Of a stretch of 37,713 nt of DNA, positions 24,737 through 33,970 are shown one piece after another. Positions within the stretch are counted from its first letter, which is position 1, and every line of letters begins with the position of its first letter. The DNA lies in IMG/VR virus record IMGVR_UViG_3300011339_000481, positions 1 to 37,713 of that record; one strand, given 5' to 3'. Under the pieces are notes generated by a model. That model was not told the origin of the DNA and ran no database searches. It was given only the letters and a program-made list of their open reading frames with translations. The position numbers were made by a program, and so were the translations under genes. Origin of the DNA: a virus. Its lineage: Duplodnaviria > Caudoviricetes.

Positions 24737-27031
24737 ATGGCTATTTTCAATAGAAATAACATGTTAAGCGACTACGCCTTTGAAGACATGGGTGGTGACG
24801 GCTTATTCGATACTGGCTCATTCAATCTTCAAGACTTGATGAACTATGCAGCTCCTTTAGATCAACAATCTATTGGAGCTATGATGCCTACTCCTGAGTT
24901 TGTACCTGAAGCTCCTATGGCTCCTACGTCAGCTCCTACTGCTCCTGTACAAGCCACTACTGTTGCTCCACAAGCGCCAACGCCACCTAAAGCTAATCAG
25001 CAAGAGATTATTGATTTTCTCACTAAGCAGATTCTAGGCTCTAGTGACACTTCTAAGTGGCAAGGTGGTGTAGGTGCTGAGACTGCTGCAAAAGACATGG
25101 CTAAGATCATGGCAGGCATTGGCATTACAGACATTAGTCAATTTGGTAAGGTTACTCAAACTGGTCTACAAGAGGATGTGCGTCCTGATGGTCGTGGTGG
25201 CTTTGTTAATCTTAAAGGTCAGCCTGTAGATCCTGCCGGTGTTATTCCATTAGAGATGGATGGCAACATTGTTGGCTATTCATCTCCTACTGGCACACAA
25301 GAGACTTATGGTAACAAAGCAACAGGTCAATCTGTACCACTGACATACAGTGAGAGACAGACAGGTAATGCCTTTGGTGGTACTTTTGAAGGTAAAGGTA
25401 ATACAGGTTACAGAGTAGAATTTGATGCTAGTGGTAAGCCTGTGTTCTATACGACAGGTGCTTCAAGCTCGGATGCTGCCAGTGCAACACCATTTATTCA
25501 GATGGCTTTATTGGCTACCGGAGCTGGTGGTCTATTAGGTAATGCTTTACTTGGTTCAGGTGCTTCACAAGTAGCTGCTAATGCTCTTGGAGGTGCTATC
25601 CTTGGTGGTGGTACAGCAGCTATTACCGGTGCTGACATTGTAAAGGGAGCATTGATGGGTGGTGCAGGTGGAGCTTTGTCAGGTTACTTAGCTCCTGAGT
25701 TACCTACAGATCTTACAGGTACTCCTACAATAGATCCTGAAGCATTCATGACACCTGATGTATCTATTTTTGATACTCCTATAGCTAACACACTTTTCCC
25801 TCCTATTGAGGCTCCTCCAATAGATGTTCAGTTGCCTACTATAGCTCCGGAGTTGCCTTACATAGCCCCTGAGTCTTTTATGACTCCTGAGTTACCTTAT
25901 GTAGCTCCTGAGCTTCCTTATGTAGCTCCTCCGCAGCCTACCTACATTGAGCCTGAGGCATTTATGACTCCTGCTCCTCAGCCTACCTATGTAGCTCCTC
26001 CTGTAATGCCTGAGCCTGTGGCGATACCTGAGCCTGTGTACACCCCACCTCAGCCTACCTATGTAGAGCCTGAGTCTTTTATGACTCCTGATATCAGTTA
26101 CTTTGAAGCTCCTCCTACTGATACCTTTTTACCTGCTATTGAAGCTCCTCCGATAGATGTAACTTTACCTACAATTACAGAAGCTCCAGTAGTTACAGCA
26201 CCTACCTATGTAGAGCCTGAAGCATTCATGACTCCGCAGGCTCCTGTTGTCGCTGACACTCCTATTGTCGCTGAAGCTCCTGTAATACCTGAAATAGTTA
26301 TAACACCTCAACCTACATATGTTGAGCCAGAAGCTTTTATGACACCTATGGAGTTGCCTTATATAGCTCCTCCAGCTCCAATTGACCTAGGTATTGATTA
26401 CTCATTAGCTAATGGTACTACAACGAGGCCTTTGACTGACATGGGTGGCGCTCAAGGTGTACAGCCGGGTACTTCAGCTAACTTACCTGATATGGGTGGT
26501 GGACAGGGTTTAACAATTAACTTAGGTGCTCCATCTACAACTTTAGCTGATGCCTTAGCTACCTTTGGAGGTGTTAATCCAGCTAACATGCCTAGCATGG
26601 GTGGTGCGCAAGGATTGACATATCAGACACCTACAGGTTTAGTGACTGAGGGTGGTTTATTAGCTACAGGTATTGCAGGGACAGCTCCTTCAGTACTAGG
26701 TGAGACAGGTATTAACACAGCTACTAACATAGGTTCTAACATTGGTGTTACACCTCCTGTAAGTACTAACCCGTTGGATAAGCTGTCACCCACACAAATA
26801 GCTAACATCCTCAAGAGTGCTGTAGGCTTGTTTGGTGCTGTTACAGCTCCTCAAATGCTAAGCAGTGGTAGTCCTTCGATGATGGGTGCTTTACCTACAC
26901 AGGGTGTCCCGCTTAACAGTCAAGACTACTTTAACGCTATTCAACAGAACTATAACACTTTACTGCCTGCAATGCCTAGGGATGTCTCAACACCTTTAGC
27001 TAACTGGTATAACTCTCAATATGGAGCTTAA
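24737..27031 (+). CDS. 764-aa Pro-rich acidic repeat protein, probably virion-associated
   Basis: Six PE(A/S)FMTP repeats, three MGGxQG repeats and a Gly-zipper hydrophobic segment. Confidence 0.8.
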   Translation: MAIFNRNNMLSDYAFEDMGGDGLFDTGSFNLQDLMNYAAPLDQQSIGAMMPTPEFVPEAPMAPTSAPTAPVQATTVAPQAPTPPKANQQEIIDFLTKQILGSSDTSKWQGGVGAETAAKDMAKIMAGIGITDISQFGKVTQTGLQEDVRPDGRGGFVNLKGQPVDPAGVIPLEMDGNIVGYSSPTGTQETYGNKATGQSVPLTYSERQTGNAFGGTFEGKGNTGYRVEFDASGKPVFYTTGASSSDAASATPFIQMALLATGAGGLLGNALLGSGASQVAANALGGAILGGGTAAITGADIVKGALMGGAGGALSGYLAPELPTDLTGTPTIDPEAFMTPDVSIFDTPIANTLFPPIEAPPIDVQLPTIAPELPYIAPESFMTPELPYVAPELPYVAPPQPTYIEPEAFMTPAPQPTYVAPPVMPEPVAIPEPVYTPPQPTYVEPESFMTPDISYFEAPPTDTFLPAIEAPPIDVTLPTITEAPVVTAPTYVEPEAFMTPQAPVVADTPIVAEAPVIPEIVITPQPTYVEPEAFMTPMELPYIAPPAPIDLGIDYSLANGTTTRPLTDMGGAQGVQPGTSANLPDMGGGQGLTINLGAPSTTLADALATFGGVNPANMPSMGGAQGLTYQTPTGLVTEGGLLATGIAGTAPSVLGETGINTATNIGSNIGVTPPVSTNPLDKLSPTQIANILKSAVGLFGAVTAPQMLSSGSPSMMGALPTQGVPLNSQDYFNAIQQNYNTLLPAMPRDVSTPLANWYNSQYGA

Positions 27032-27034
27032 ATA

Positions 27035-27838
27035 ATGTCTATTTATCGAGGCCCGGGAGGTTCTGGTGATGCTACTAATGATGCCAGTAGTCAAGCTACA
27101 CTGGTAGCTCAGAAGGCTGCTGAAGCTCAGGTGTCTGCTGATAATGCTTTAGGTAGTGCCTCAGCAGCTTCCTCTTCAGCCAGTGCAGCCTCTTCGTCAG
27201 CCAGCGCAGCCAGTACATCAGCATCCAATGCAGCTACCTCAGCGTCTAATGCGTCTACATCAGCTAGTGGTGCTTCATCATCAGCCAGTGCTGCAAGTAG
27301 TTCAGCATCGGCAGCAAGTACCAGTGCCTCTAATGCTTCATCGTCAGCATCAGCGGCTTCAACTTCAGCTTCTAATGCTGCATCATCAGCTTCAGCTGCC
27401 TCTACAAGTGCTTCTAACGCATCCTCAAGTGCTAGTAGTGCCGGTAGTTCAGCTTCAGCGGCTAGTTCATCAGCAAGTTCAGCAGCTACTGCTAAGACTG
27501 CTGCTGAGGCTGCACAGGCTGCTGCTGAGGCTGCTGAAGCTGCTACATTGAACTTTGGTAATGTTTTACAGGTAGCTTCTAGTACTTTAACAGCTGGATC
27601 CAGTGCAACAGTCTCCTACAGTTCAGCTACACCTCTAATTACCTTTGGTATTCCTAGAGGGGACACCGGAGCAACTGGAGCAACAGGCGCTACCGGCCCT
27701 CAAGGTGCTACAGGAGCTACAGGGGCAGCAGGGCCGGGGGTTGCCTCCGGAGGAACTACAGGACAGTTCCTGATAAAGAATTCAGGGACTGATTACGATA
27801 CAACTTGGACAAATACAATTAACGGGGGAACATTCTAA
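27035..27838 (+). CDS. Fibre protein with Ser/Ala heptads and collagen-like segment
   Basis: (ASSSASA/ASTSASN)n followed by GxT/GxQ triplets; ends in NGGTF. Confidence 0.8.
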   Translation: MSIYRGPGGSGDATNDASSQATLVAQKAAEAQVSADNALGSASAASSSASAASSSASAASTSASNAATSASNASTSASGASSSASAASSSASAASTSASNASSSASAASTSASNAASSASAASTSASNASSSASSAGSSASAASSSASSAATAKTAAEAAQAAAEAAEAATLNFGNVLQVASSTLTAGSSATVSYSSATPLITFGIPRGDTGATGATGATGPQGATGATGAAGPGVASGGTTGQFLIKNSGTDYDTTWTNTINGGTF

Positions 27839-29773
27839 ATGGCTACAATCCTTACTAAGAAGAGCGATACAGCGAGTGCTGTCCCTCTTGCAGCTGACTT
27901 AACTAACGCTGCAGGTGGTGCTGAGCTTGCAGTTAATGCAACTGATAAGAGACTCTTTTCTAAGACCTCTGGAGGTACTGTCGTAGAGCTGGGTACTAAC
28001 CCTACAGCTATGGCTGTTGTGGGTAACACTACAGTTGGGGGTACTCTGGGTGTCACAGGTGCTACCACTTTGGCTGGTGTATCTGCTACTACTTTAGCGG
28101 CTTCTAGCACAGTAACCCTCTCTGGAGGTACTGCGAATGGTGTTGCTTATTTAAACGGCTCTAAAGTTGTTACAAGTGGCTCTGCGCTTACTTTTGATGG
28201 GACTAACTTCACATTAACCTCTGGTCGTATTCGCAATGTGCCATCTACTGCCACTGCAAATGGTTTATTTCAATCTTCAAACACAGGCGGTGGTTTCTAT
28301 ACTGGCATTGAAGATTCAACAGGTTCATTGTTTGCTGGCACAGGATACGCAGGTGTTGTTTGGCACACAGGAAACTATCCAATTGCTTTTGGTTTAAACA
28401 ACACCGAACAAATGCGCCTAACCTCTACAGGTCTAGGTATTGGTACAAGTTCACCTGCTACTAGATTAGATGTTGCCGCTACAGAAGCAACGATTCGGCT
28501 TACATCTACAACTGGGACAAATTTTACTGATGTTCGAGTTGTAAACACTGGCGGCACACTTTACTCTGGTATTGAACGCTCAACAGGTGGCGTACTTGGT
28601 CCAACTGGTGCTTACGAAGCGTTTTTCTTATATGGCGCTGATAGACCCATGTACATCGGTACTGGAAATTCATATCTGCGGTTTGGCACTAACGCCACAG
28701 AGCGTATGCGCCTCGACTCTTCTGGCAATCTTGGTCTAGGAGTTACTCCTAGTGCTTGGGGTAGTAGCATTAAGGCAATGCAAATTGGCGGTTATGGCGT
28801 TTTTGCTCAATCATCAACTGCATTTAATATAGGTAATAACTATTACAACAATGGAACAAACTCGCTGTATATCAATAGTGCCCACGCTACTCTTTATCAA
28901 CAGTTGAGCGGTCAACACATTTGGTACAACGCCCCATCAGGCACAGCAGGAAACGCCATTACCTTTACTCAGGCAATGACTCTGGATGCTAGTGGTAATT
29001 TGTTATTGGGCACTACAAGTTTAAAAGCAAGATTAACTGTTAATTCTGGCAGTTCAAGCACTTACGCTTCTTTTGACTCAACCAATGCAACTGGTGGCTA
29101 CGCTGAGTTTAGCAGCAGTGGAACTGTTCATGGCGATATTGGTACAGCCGCACAAATTGTAAGTGGTGGTTCAGCCTCTGACTTTGGCATAAACGCCCGT
29201 GGGTCACGTAACTTAATTTTTGGCACAAACAACACAGAACGTGCCCGTATAGACTCATCTGGTAATTTGCTCTGCGGAACAACTGGAACAAGTTGGACAG
29301 ATACTGTTGGTTTTTATGCGTTTTATCAGAGTGCTGTAAATGCTACTCGTAATGGCGCAGAAGCAATGAATTTAAATCGTTTGACAAGCGATGGAACAAT
29401 TCTAGGTTTTAGACGCTCTGGCACTCAAGTTGGTTCTGTTTCTGTAACTACTACAGCTACTGCGTACAACACTTCATCTGACTACCGCCTGAAGAACACA
29501 ATTGCACCAATGACAGGTGCATTGGCTAAAGTGGCATTGCTCAAACCTTGCACTTACAAATGGAACGCTGACGGCTCTGATGGCGAAGGCTTCATTGCCC
29601 ATGAGTTGGCAGAAGTTGTTCCTCAATGCGTATCTGGCGAGAAAGACGCTGTAGACGAGGAAGGCAATCCTAAGTACCAAGGCATTGACACATCATTCTT
29701 GGTGGCTACCCTCACAGCGGCTATTCAAGAGCTTAATGCTAAGTTTGAAGCCTACAAAGCATCTCACCCTTAA
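27839..29773 (+). CDS. Tail fibre/receptor-binding protein with C-terminal S74 intramolecular chaperone
   Basis: Repeated ERMRLDSSGNL-type units; SDYRLK, GFIAHEL and AAIQEL motifs. Confidence 0.9.
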   Translation: MATILTKKSDTASAVPLAADLTNAAGGAELAVNATDKRLFSKTSGGTVVELGTNPTAMAVVGNTTVGGTLGVTGATTLAGVSATTLAASSTVTLSGGTANGVAYLNGSKVVTSGSALTFDGTNFTLTSGRIRNVPSTATANGLFQSSNTGGGFYTGIEDSTGSLFAGTGYAGVVWHTGNYPIAFGLNNTEQMRLTSTGLGIGTSSPATRLDVAATEATIRLTSTTGTNFTDVRVVNTGGTLYSGIERSTGGVLGPTGAYEAFFLYGADRPMYIGTGNSYLRFGTNATERMRLDSSGNLGLGVTPSAWGSSIKAMQIGGYGVFAQSSTAFNIGNNYYNNGTNSLYINSAHATLYQQLSGQHIWYNAPSGTAGNAITFTQAMTLDASGNLLLGTTSLKARLTVNSGSSSTYASFDSTNATGGYAEFSSSGTVHGDIGTAAQIVSGGSASDFGINARGSRNLIFGTNNTERARIDSSGNLLCGTTGTSWTDTVGFYAFYQSAVNATRNGAEAMNLNRLTSDGTILGFRRSGTQVGSVSVTTTATAYNTSSDYRLKNTIAPMTGALAKVALLKPCTYKWNADGSDGEGFIAHELAEVVPQCVSGEKDAVDEEGNPKYQGIDTSFLVATLTAAIQELNAKFEAYKASHP

Positions 29774-29792
29774 TCTTTAAAAGGAAAATACC

Positions 29793-30089
29793 ATGACAAC
29801 ATTTAACTGGTCAATTAACACAATGGAACGAGATGTAGCTACTGGTTATGTTTCAGTAGCGCATTGGATTTGTAATGCAGTAGATGGAGAACACTCTGCC
29901 TCTTGCTACGCTACAGTCTCATGGGCTGAAGGTACTCCTGCCGTACCATATGCAAACCTCACAGAAGCTACTGTATTGGGTTGGGTATGGGAGTCGGTCG
30001 ATAAAGCGGCTACAGAGGCTTCCTTGGCGGCTCAGATTGAGTTGTTGAAGAACCCTGTAAAGGCTACTGGCACTCCTTGGAGTGAATAA
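29793..30089 (+). CDS. Fibre-associated small protein (assembly chaperone-like)
   Basis: Follows the fibre gene; PYANLTEATVLGWV...PW pattern. Confidence 0.7.
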   Translation: MTTFNWSINTMERDVATGYVSVAHWICNAVDGEHSASCYATVSWAEGTPAVPYANLTEATVLGWVWESVDKAATEASLAAQIELLKNPVKATGTPWSE

Positions 30090-30094
30090 AGGCC

Positions 30095-30325
30095 ATGGCT
30101 GAAGAAGTTACTCATGAGCACATATACGAGAGACTACTAGCTGTAGAAAGTAAGGTAGACAGTATAGACAAGAACACTCAAGAGGTTGTGAAGGCTTTCA
30201 ATGCAGCTGCAGGAGCCTTCACAGTACTTGAGTGGATTGCTAAGGCTGTCAAACCTCTGATTGTTATAGGTGCTTTCTTTGGAGCTATTTGGTTAGCTAT
30301 CGACAATAAACTACATGGAGGCTAA
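30095..30325 (+). CDS. Small coiled-coil plus TM protein (holin-like candidate)
   Basis: Coiled coil followed by a C-terminal hydrophobic helix. Confidence 0.65.
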   Translation: MAEEVTHEHIYERLLAVESKVDSIDKNTQEVVKAFNAAAGAFTVLEWIAKAVKPLIVIGAFFGAIWLAIDNKLHGG

Positions 30326-30326
30326 T

Positions 30327-30515
30327 ATGAACAATATGCCAACAAGAGGACAGCGTACAGCTAAGAATAAGATGAAGAAAGTTATGGGTGAGTACAAGGA
30401 AGGTACTCTACATAGTGGTAAGGGTGGCCCTGTAGTTAAATCTCGTAAGCAGGCTATAGCGATTGCCTTGAGTGAGGCTGATGCAGCTAAGAAGAAATCT
30501 AAAAAGAATAAGTAA
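30327..30515 (+). CDS. DUF6496-like small basic protein
   Basis: KVMGEYKEGTLHSG...VKSRKQAIAIALSEA; GGAGG RBS before ATG 30327. Confidence 0.8.
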   Translation: MNNMPTRGQRTAKNKMKKVMGEYKEGTLHSGKGGPVVKSRKQAIAIALSEADAAKKKSKKNK

Positions 30516-30526
30516 AGGAATAACAA

Positions 30527-31177
30527 ATGGCTACGTATTTAGACGTTGTGAACAATGTGCTCAGACGCTTGCGTGAGCCTACTGTCACCTCCGTAACTGA
30601 TACTGATTATTCATCTATGTTAGGTGTGTTCGTTAATGATGCCAAGCGTGAGATTGAAGATGCTTACGACTGGAATGCTTTATCGGATACTCTAACAGCT
30701 ACAACTACAGCTAATATATTTAATTATGTTCTAGTAGGTTCTCGTACCCGTTTCCGTACCATTGATGTCTTTAACGAGACTCAAGAGTTGGAGATGAAGT
30801 ATATGCCTACAACATGGATGAATAGACAGTTCATTATTGTTGAGCAACAGCATGGTCAACCAGCCTTCTACAACTACAACGGTGTAGACAGTAACGGTGA
30901 TACTCAAGTGGATGTATTCCCTATCCCTGATGGTGTGTATAACCTAAGATTTAACTTGACTATCCCTCAGGCTGACTTAGTTGCTGACAATGATCGTATC
31001 TTAGTGCCTGATCACTTAGTGTCTATGCTGGCTTACTCCAGAGCTATTGCTGAGCGAGGTGAAGACTCTGGAGTCTTGTCTTCAGAGGCTTATCAAGTGT
31101 ACAGACTGGCTCTTGCCGATGCTGTGGCTATTGAGCGTAATCACTATGATGAAGAGATGACTTGGGATGCTGTGTAA
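30527..31177 (+). CDS. Tail adaptor/tubular protein A-like
   Basis: TYLDVVNNVLRRLRE N-terminus, YDW and FPIPD motifs; size and position. Confidence 0.75.
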   Translation: MATYLDVVNNVLRRLREPTVTSVTDTDYSSMLGVFVNDAKREIEDAYDWNALSDTLTATTTANIFNYVLVGSRTRFRTIDVFNETQELEMKYMPTTWMNRQFIIVEQQHGQPAFYNYNGVDSNGDTQVDVFPIPDGVYNLRFNLTIPQADLVADNDRILVPDHLVSMLAYSRAIAERGEDSGVLSSEAYQVYRLALADAVAIERNHYDEEMTWDAV

Positions 31178-32719
31178 ATGTCAGAACAGTTATTAACAAC
31201 AACTATTCAAGCTCCGGGCTTCATGGGTTTGAACCTTCAGGACTCTTCAGTGAGTCTTGAGAATGGTTACGCCACTGTAGCCACTAACTGTGTCATTGAT
31301 AAGTTTGGACGCATTGGTGCTCGTAAGGGGTGGAGTCCCTCTCACACAGCCTTAGCAGCTTTGACAGGCTTCAATGTTAAAGCTATTGCTGAGCTAATCG
31401 ATAACAGTGGTAACTCATACATTGTAGCTGCTGGACACAGTAAGCTCTTTAAACTGGTAGGTACAACACTGTCTGAGTTGACCTACGGAGGTGGTGGCAC
31501 AGCTCCTACCATTACAGATGATAACTGGCAGATGGCTCCGTTGAATGGATGTCTATTCCTGTATCAGGCTGGACATACACCTCTAGTGTTCGATCCTGCA
31601 ACCAGTTCAACAACATATAAGCGTATCTCTGAGAAGACTGGTTACTTAGGTTCAGTATCAAGTAACAACTGTGTTATCAGTGCTTATGGTCGTACATGGA
31701 GTGCTAATAACAGCTCAGACAAGAGTACAGTACAGTTCTCAGACCTACTATCTGGACATGTACTTAATACAGGTACTTCAGGTACTTTGGATGTATCTCA
31801 AGTATGGCCTGCAGGTTCAGATGAGATTATTGCTCTAGCTGCACACAATAACTTCTTGATTATCTTTGGTCGTAGACAGATACTGGTTTACTCTAATGCT
31901 ACAGATCCTAATAACTTAACATTATCTGATACAATAACAGGTATTGGTTGCTTTGCTAGAGACTCCGTAGTTAAGACAGGTAGTGATATTGTCTTCTTGT
32001 CAGATACGGGTGTTAGATCTCTAATGAGGACTATTCAAGAGAAGTCAGCTCCTATGCGAGAGATTAGCTTGAATGTTAAAGATGCCTTAATAGATGATTT
32101 AAGTGGTGAGACAGCAGTTAATATCAGGGCTGTATATTCAGATAAGGATGCCTTCTATCTATTGTCTTTACCTACAATGAATACTGTCTACTGCTTTGAC
32201 ATGAGGGGACAGCTTCCTAATGGTGCAGCTAAGACAACTACATGGGATAATATTACTCCTACAGCTTTCTTTTACACACGTAATAAAGATTTATTGGTAG
32301 GACAAGAAAGTTATATTGGAAAGTATCAAGATTCACTTGACAATGCCAGTACTTATAGGTTAAAATACTATACTAATTACTTTGACTTTGGTTCTCCTAC
32401 AGCATTAAAAATCCTTAAAAAGATTAATATGACCTTTGTAGGGGGTAACGGAGCTGATGTAATTGTTAAGTATGCTTTTGATTTCAGTCCTAGTTATATA
32501 TCAAGAGTTATTGAACTTGGTAATGTATCAGTGGCTGAGTACGGTGTAGCTGAATATAACATAGGTCAATACACAGCTGGTGTCGTATACGATAATCAGA
32601 AGATTCACGCTAGTGGTTCAGGTAATGTTGTACAGCTTGGACTTGAGACAGATATTAATAACTTTGAAATATCCTTACAGAAACTTGATTGCTACGTTAA
32701 AGCAGGAAGGACACGATAA
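31178..32719 (+). CDS. Tail nozzle/tubular protein B-like (beta-propeller)
   Basis: 513 aa, beta-rich; GIGC...FLSDTGVRSL pattern; follows the adaptor. Confidence 0.75.
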   Translation: MSEQLLTTTIQAPGFMGLNLQDSSVSLENGYATVATNCVIDKFGRIGARKGWSPSHTALAALTGFNVKAIAELIDNSGNSYIVAAGHSKLFKLVGTTLSELTYGGGGTAPTITDDNWQMAPLNGCLFLYQAGHTPLVFDPATSSTTYKRISEKTGYLGSVSSNNCVISAYGRTWSANNSSDKSTVQFSDLLSGHVLNTGTSGTLDVSQVWPAGSDEIIALAAHNNFLIIFGRRQILVYSNATDPNNLTLSDTITGIGCFARDSVVKTGSDIVFLSDTGVRSLMRTIQEKSAPMREISLNVKDALIDDLSGETAVNIRAVYSDKDAFYLLSLPTMNTVYCFDMRGQLPNGAAKTTTWDNITPTAFFYTRNKDLLVGQESYIGKYQDSLDNASTYRLKYYTNYFDFGSPTALKILKKINMTFVGGNGADVIVKYAFDFSPSYISRVIELGNVSVAEYGVAEYNIGQYTAGVVYDNQKIHASGSGNVVQLGLETDINNFEISLQKLDCYVKAGRTR

Positions 32720-32949
32720 TGTCTAATTACACCAAGAGTACCGACTTTGCAGTGAAGGACTCCCTATCAACTGGGAACCCTTCAAAGCTTGTTAAAGGTA
32801 CTGAAATTGATACTGAGTTTAGTGCTATTCAATCAGCAGTTAACTCTAAGGCTGATAAAGCTAACCCTTCATTCACAGGAACTCTGACAGCAGTGGACAT
32901 CACTATGACAGGTTCATTTACAGGCACACTTAGCGGAGGCTCGTACTAA
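32719..32949 (+). CDS. Short tail fibre-anchor-like protein
   Basis: MSNYTK...EIDTEFSAIQSAVNSKAD...PSFTG; ends in SGGSY. Confidence 0.7.
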   Translation: MSNYTKSTDFAVKDSLSTGNPSKLVKGTEIDTEFSAIQSAVNSKADKANPSFTGTLTAVDITMTGSFTGTLSGGSY

Positions 32950-32950
32950 C

Positions 32951-33961
32951 ATGGCTTTTGATTGGACAGATTTAATTGCCCCTGTATTGGGCACTGCAGG
33001 TAGTGTGTATGCCTCTAATCAGGCTGCTAATGCTACCACTAACGCAGCTAATCAAGCTGCTCAAGCTGCACAGTTCCGTCCTGTAGGTATCACTACAAGA
33101 TTCGGTAAGTCAGGCTTTCAGTATGATCCTGCATCGGGTCAACTTACAGGTGCTGGCTACCAAGTAGCTCCTGATGTTGCAGCTATGCGTGAAGGTTTGA
33201 TGGGCTTGGCAGGTACTGGCTTAAGTCAGGCTCAACAAGCCCAAGCTCAACAAGCTGGTATCACTCAAGCTGGTCAAGGGCTATTTAATCTAGGTCAGCA
33301 GTATGTAGCTCAGACACCTCAAGGTGCAGCTCAGCAGTTCATGTCTCAACAACAGCAACTGCTAGCTCCCGGTCGTGAACAACAACTGGCTCAGTTGACT
33401 AATCAACAACAACAGCAAGGTCGTTTAGGTTTGGCTACTGGAGGCACTACAGCAGGTTACACAGCTGGTGGTCAAGGCTTACAAGCTACTAATCCTCAGA
33501 TGGCTGCATACTACAATGCCATGGCTCAGCAGGATGCTCAGTTGGCAGGACAGGCTCAACAGGCTGGACAACAACAAGTACAGTTCGGTCAAGGCTTGAT
33601 GACAGGTGGCTTAGGTCTTCAGAACACTGGTTATGGTCTGCAAGGTGCTGCACTGGCTCCTTACACTAACTACATGGCAGGTGCTACAGGCTTAGAGAAC
33701 CAAGGCTTGAATGCTCTGACACAAGGACTTGGATTAGGTTCTTCAGTAACTGCAGCGTCTACAGCAGCTGCTAATATTCAGAATGCAGCAGCTCAGCAGG
33801 CAGCTCAACTTCAATTAGCTCGTAACAACGCTATCGTAGGTGGTTTGACAGATCCTGTTAGTCAGCTGATTGGTAGTTTGACAGGCTCTACAGCTGCTAG
33901 ATCAGCTAATGCCAACACAGCAATCAATCCGTACTTTCAATCAATCGGTTATGGCGGTTAA
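32951..33961 (+). CDS. Internal virion/ejection protein (Q/G/A-rich)
   Basis: Composition and position after the tail genes. Confidence 0.65.
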   Translation: MAFDWTDLIAPVLGTAGSVYASNQAANATTNAANQAAQAAQFRPVGITTRFGKSGFQYDPASGQLTGAGYQVAPDVAAMREGLMGLAGTGLSQAQQAQAQQAGITQAGQGLFNLGQQYVAQTPQGAAQQFMSQQQQLLAPGREQQLAQLTNQQQQQGRLGLATGGTTAGYTAGGQGLQATNPQMAAYYNAMAQQDAQLAGQAQQAGQQQVQFGQGLMTGGLGLQNTGYGLQGAALAPYTNYMAGATGLENQGLNALTQGLGLGSSVTAASTAAANIQNAAAQQAAQLQLARNNAIVGGLTDPVSQLIGSLTGSTAARSANANTAINPYFQSIGYGG

Positions 33962-33970
33962 GGAGACATA

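Noticed and set aside
27156-27551. 131-aa Q/L/P-rich alternate-frame ORF
   Set aside because: Frame-shifted reading of the Ser/Ala repeat region (TCA/GCA/GCT codons)
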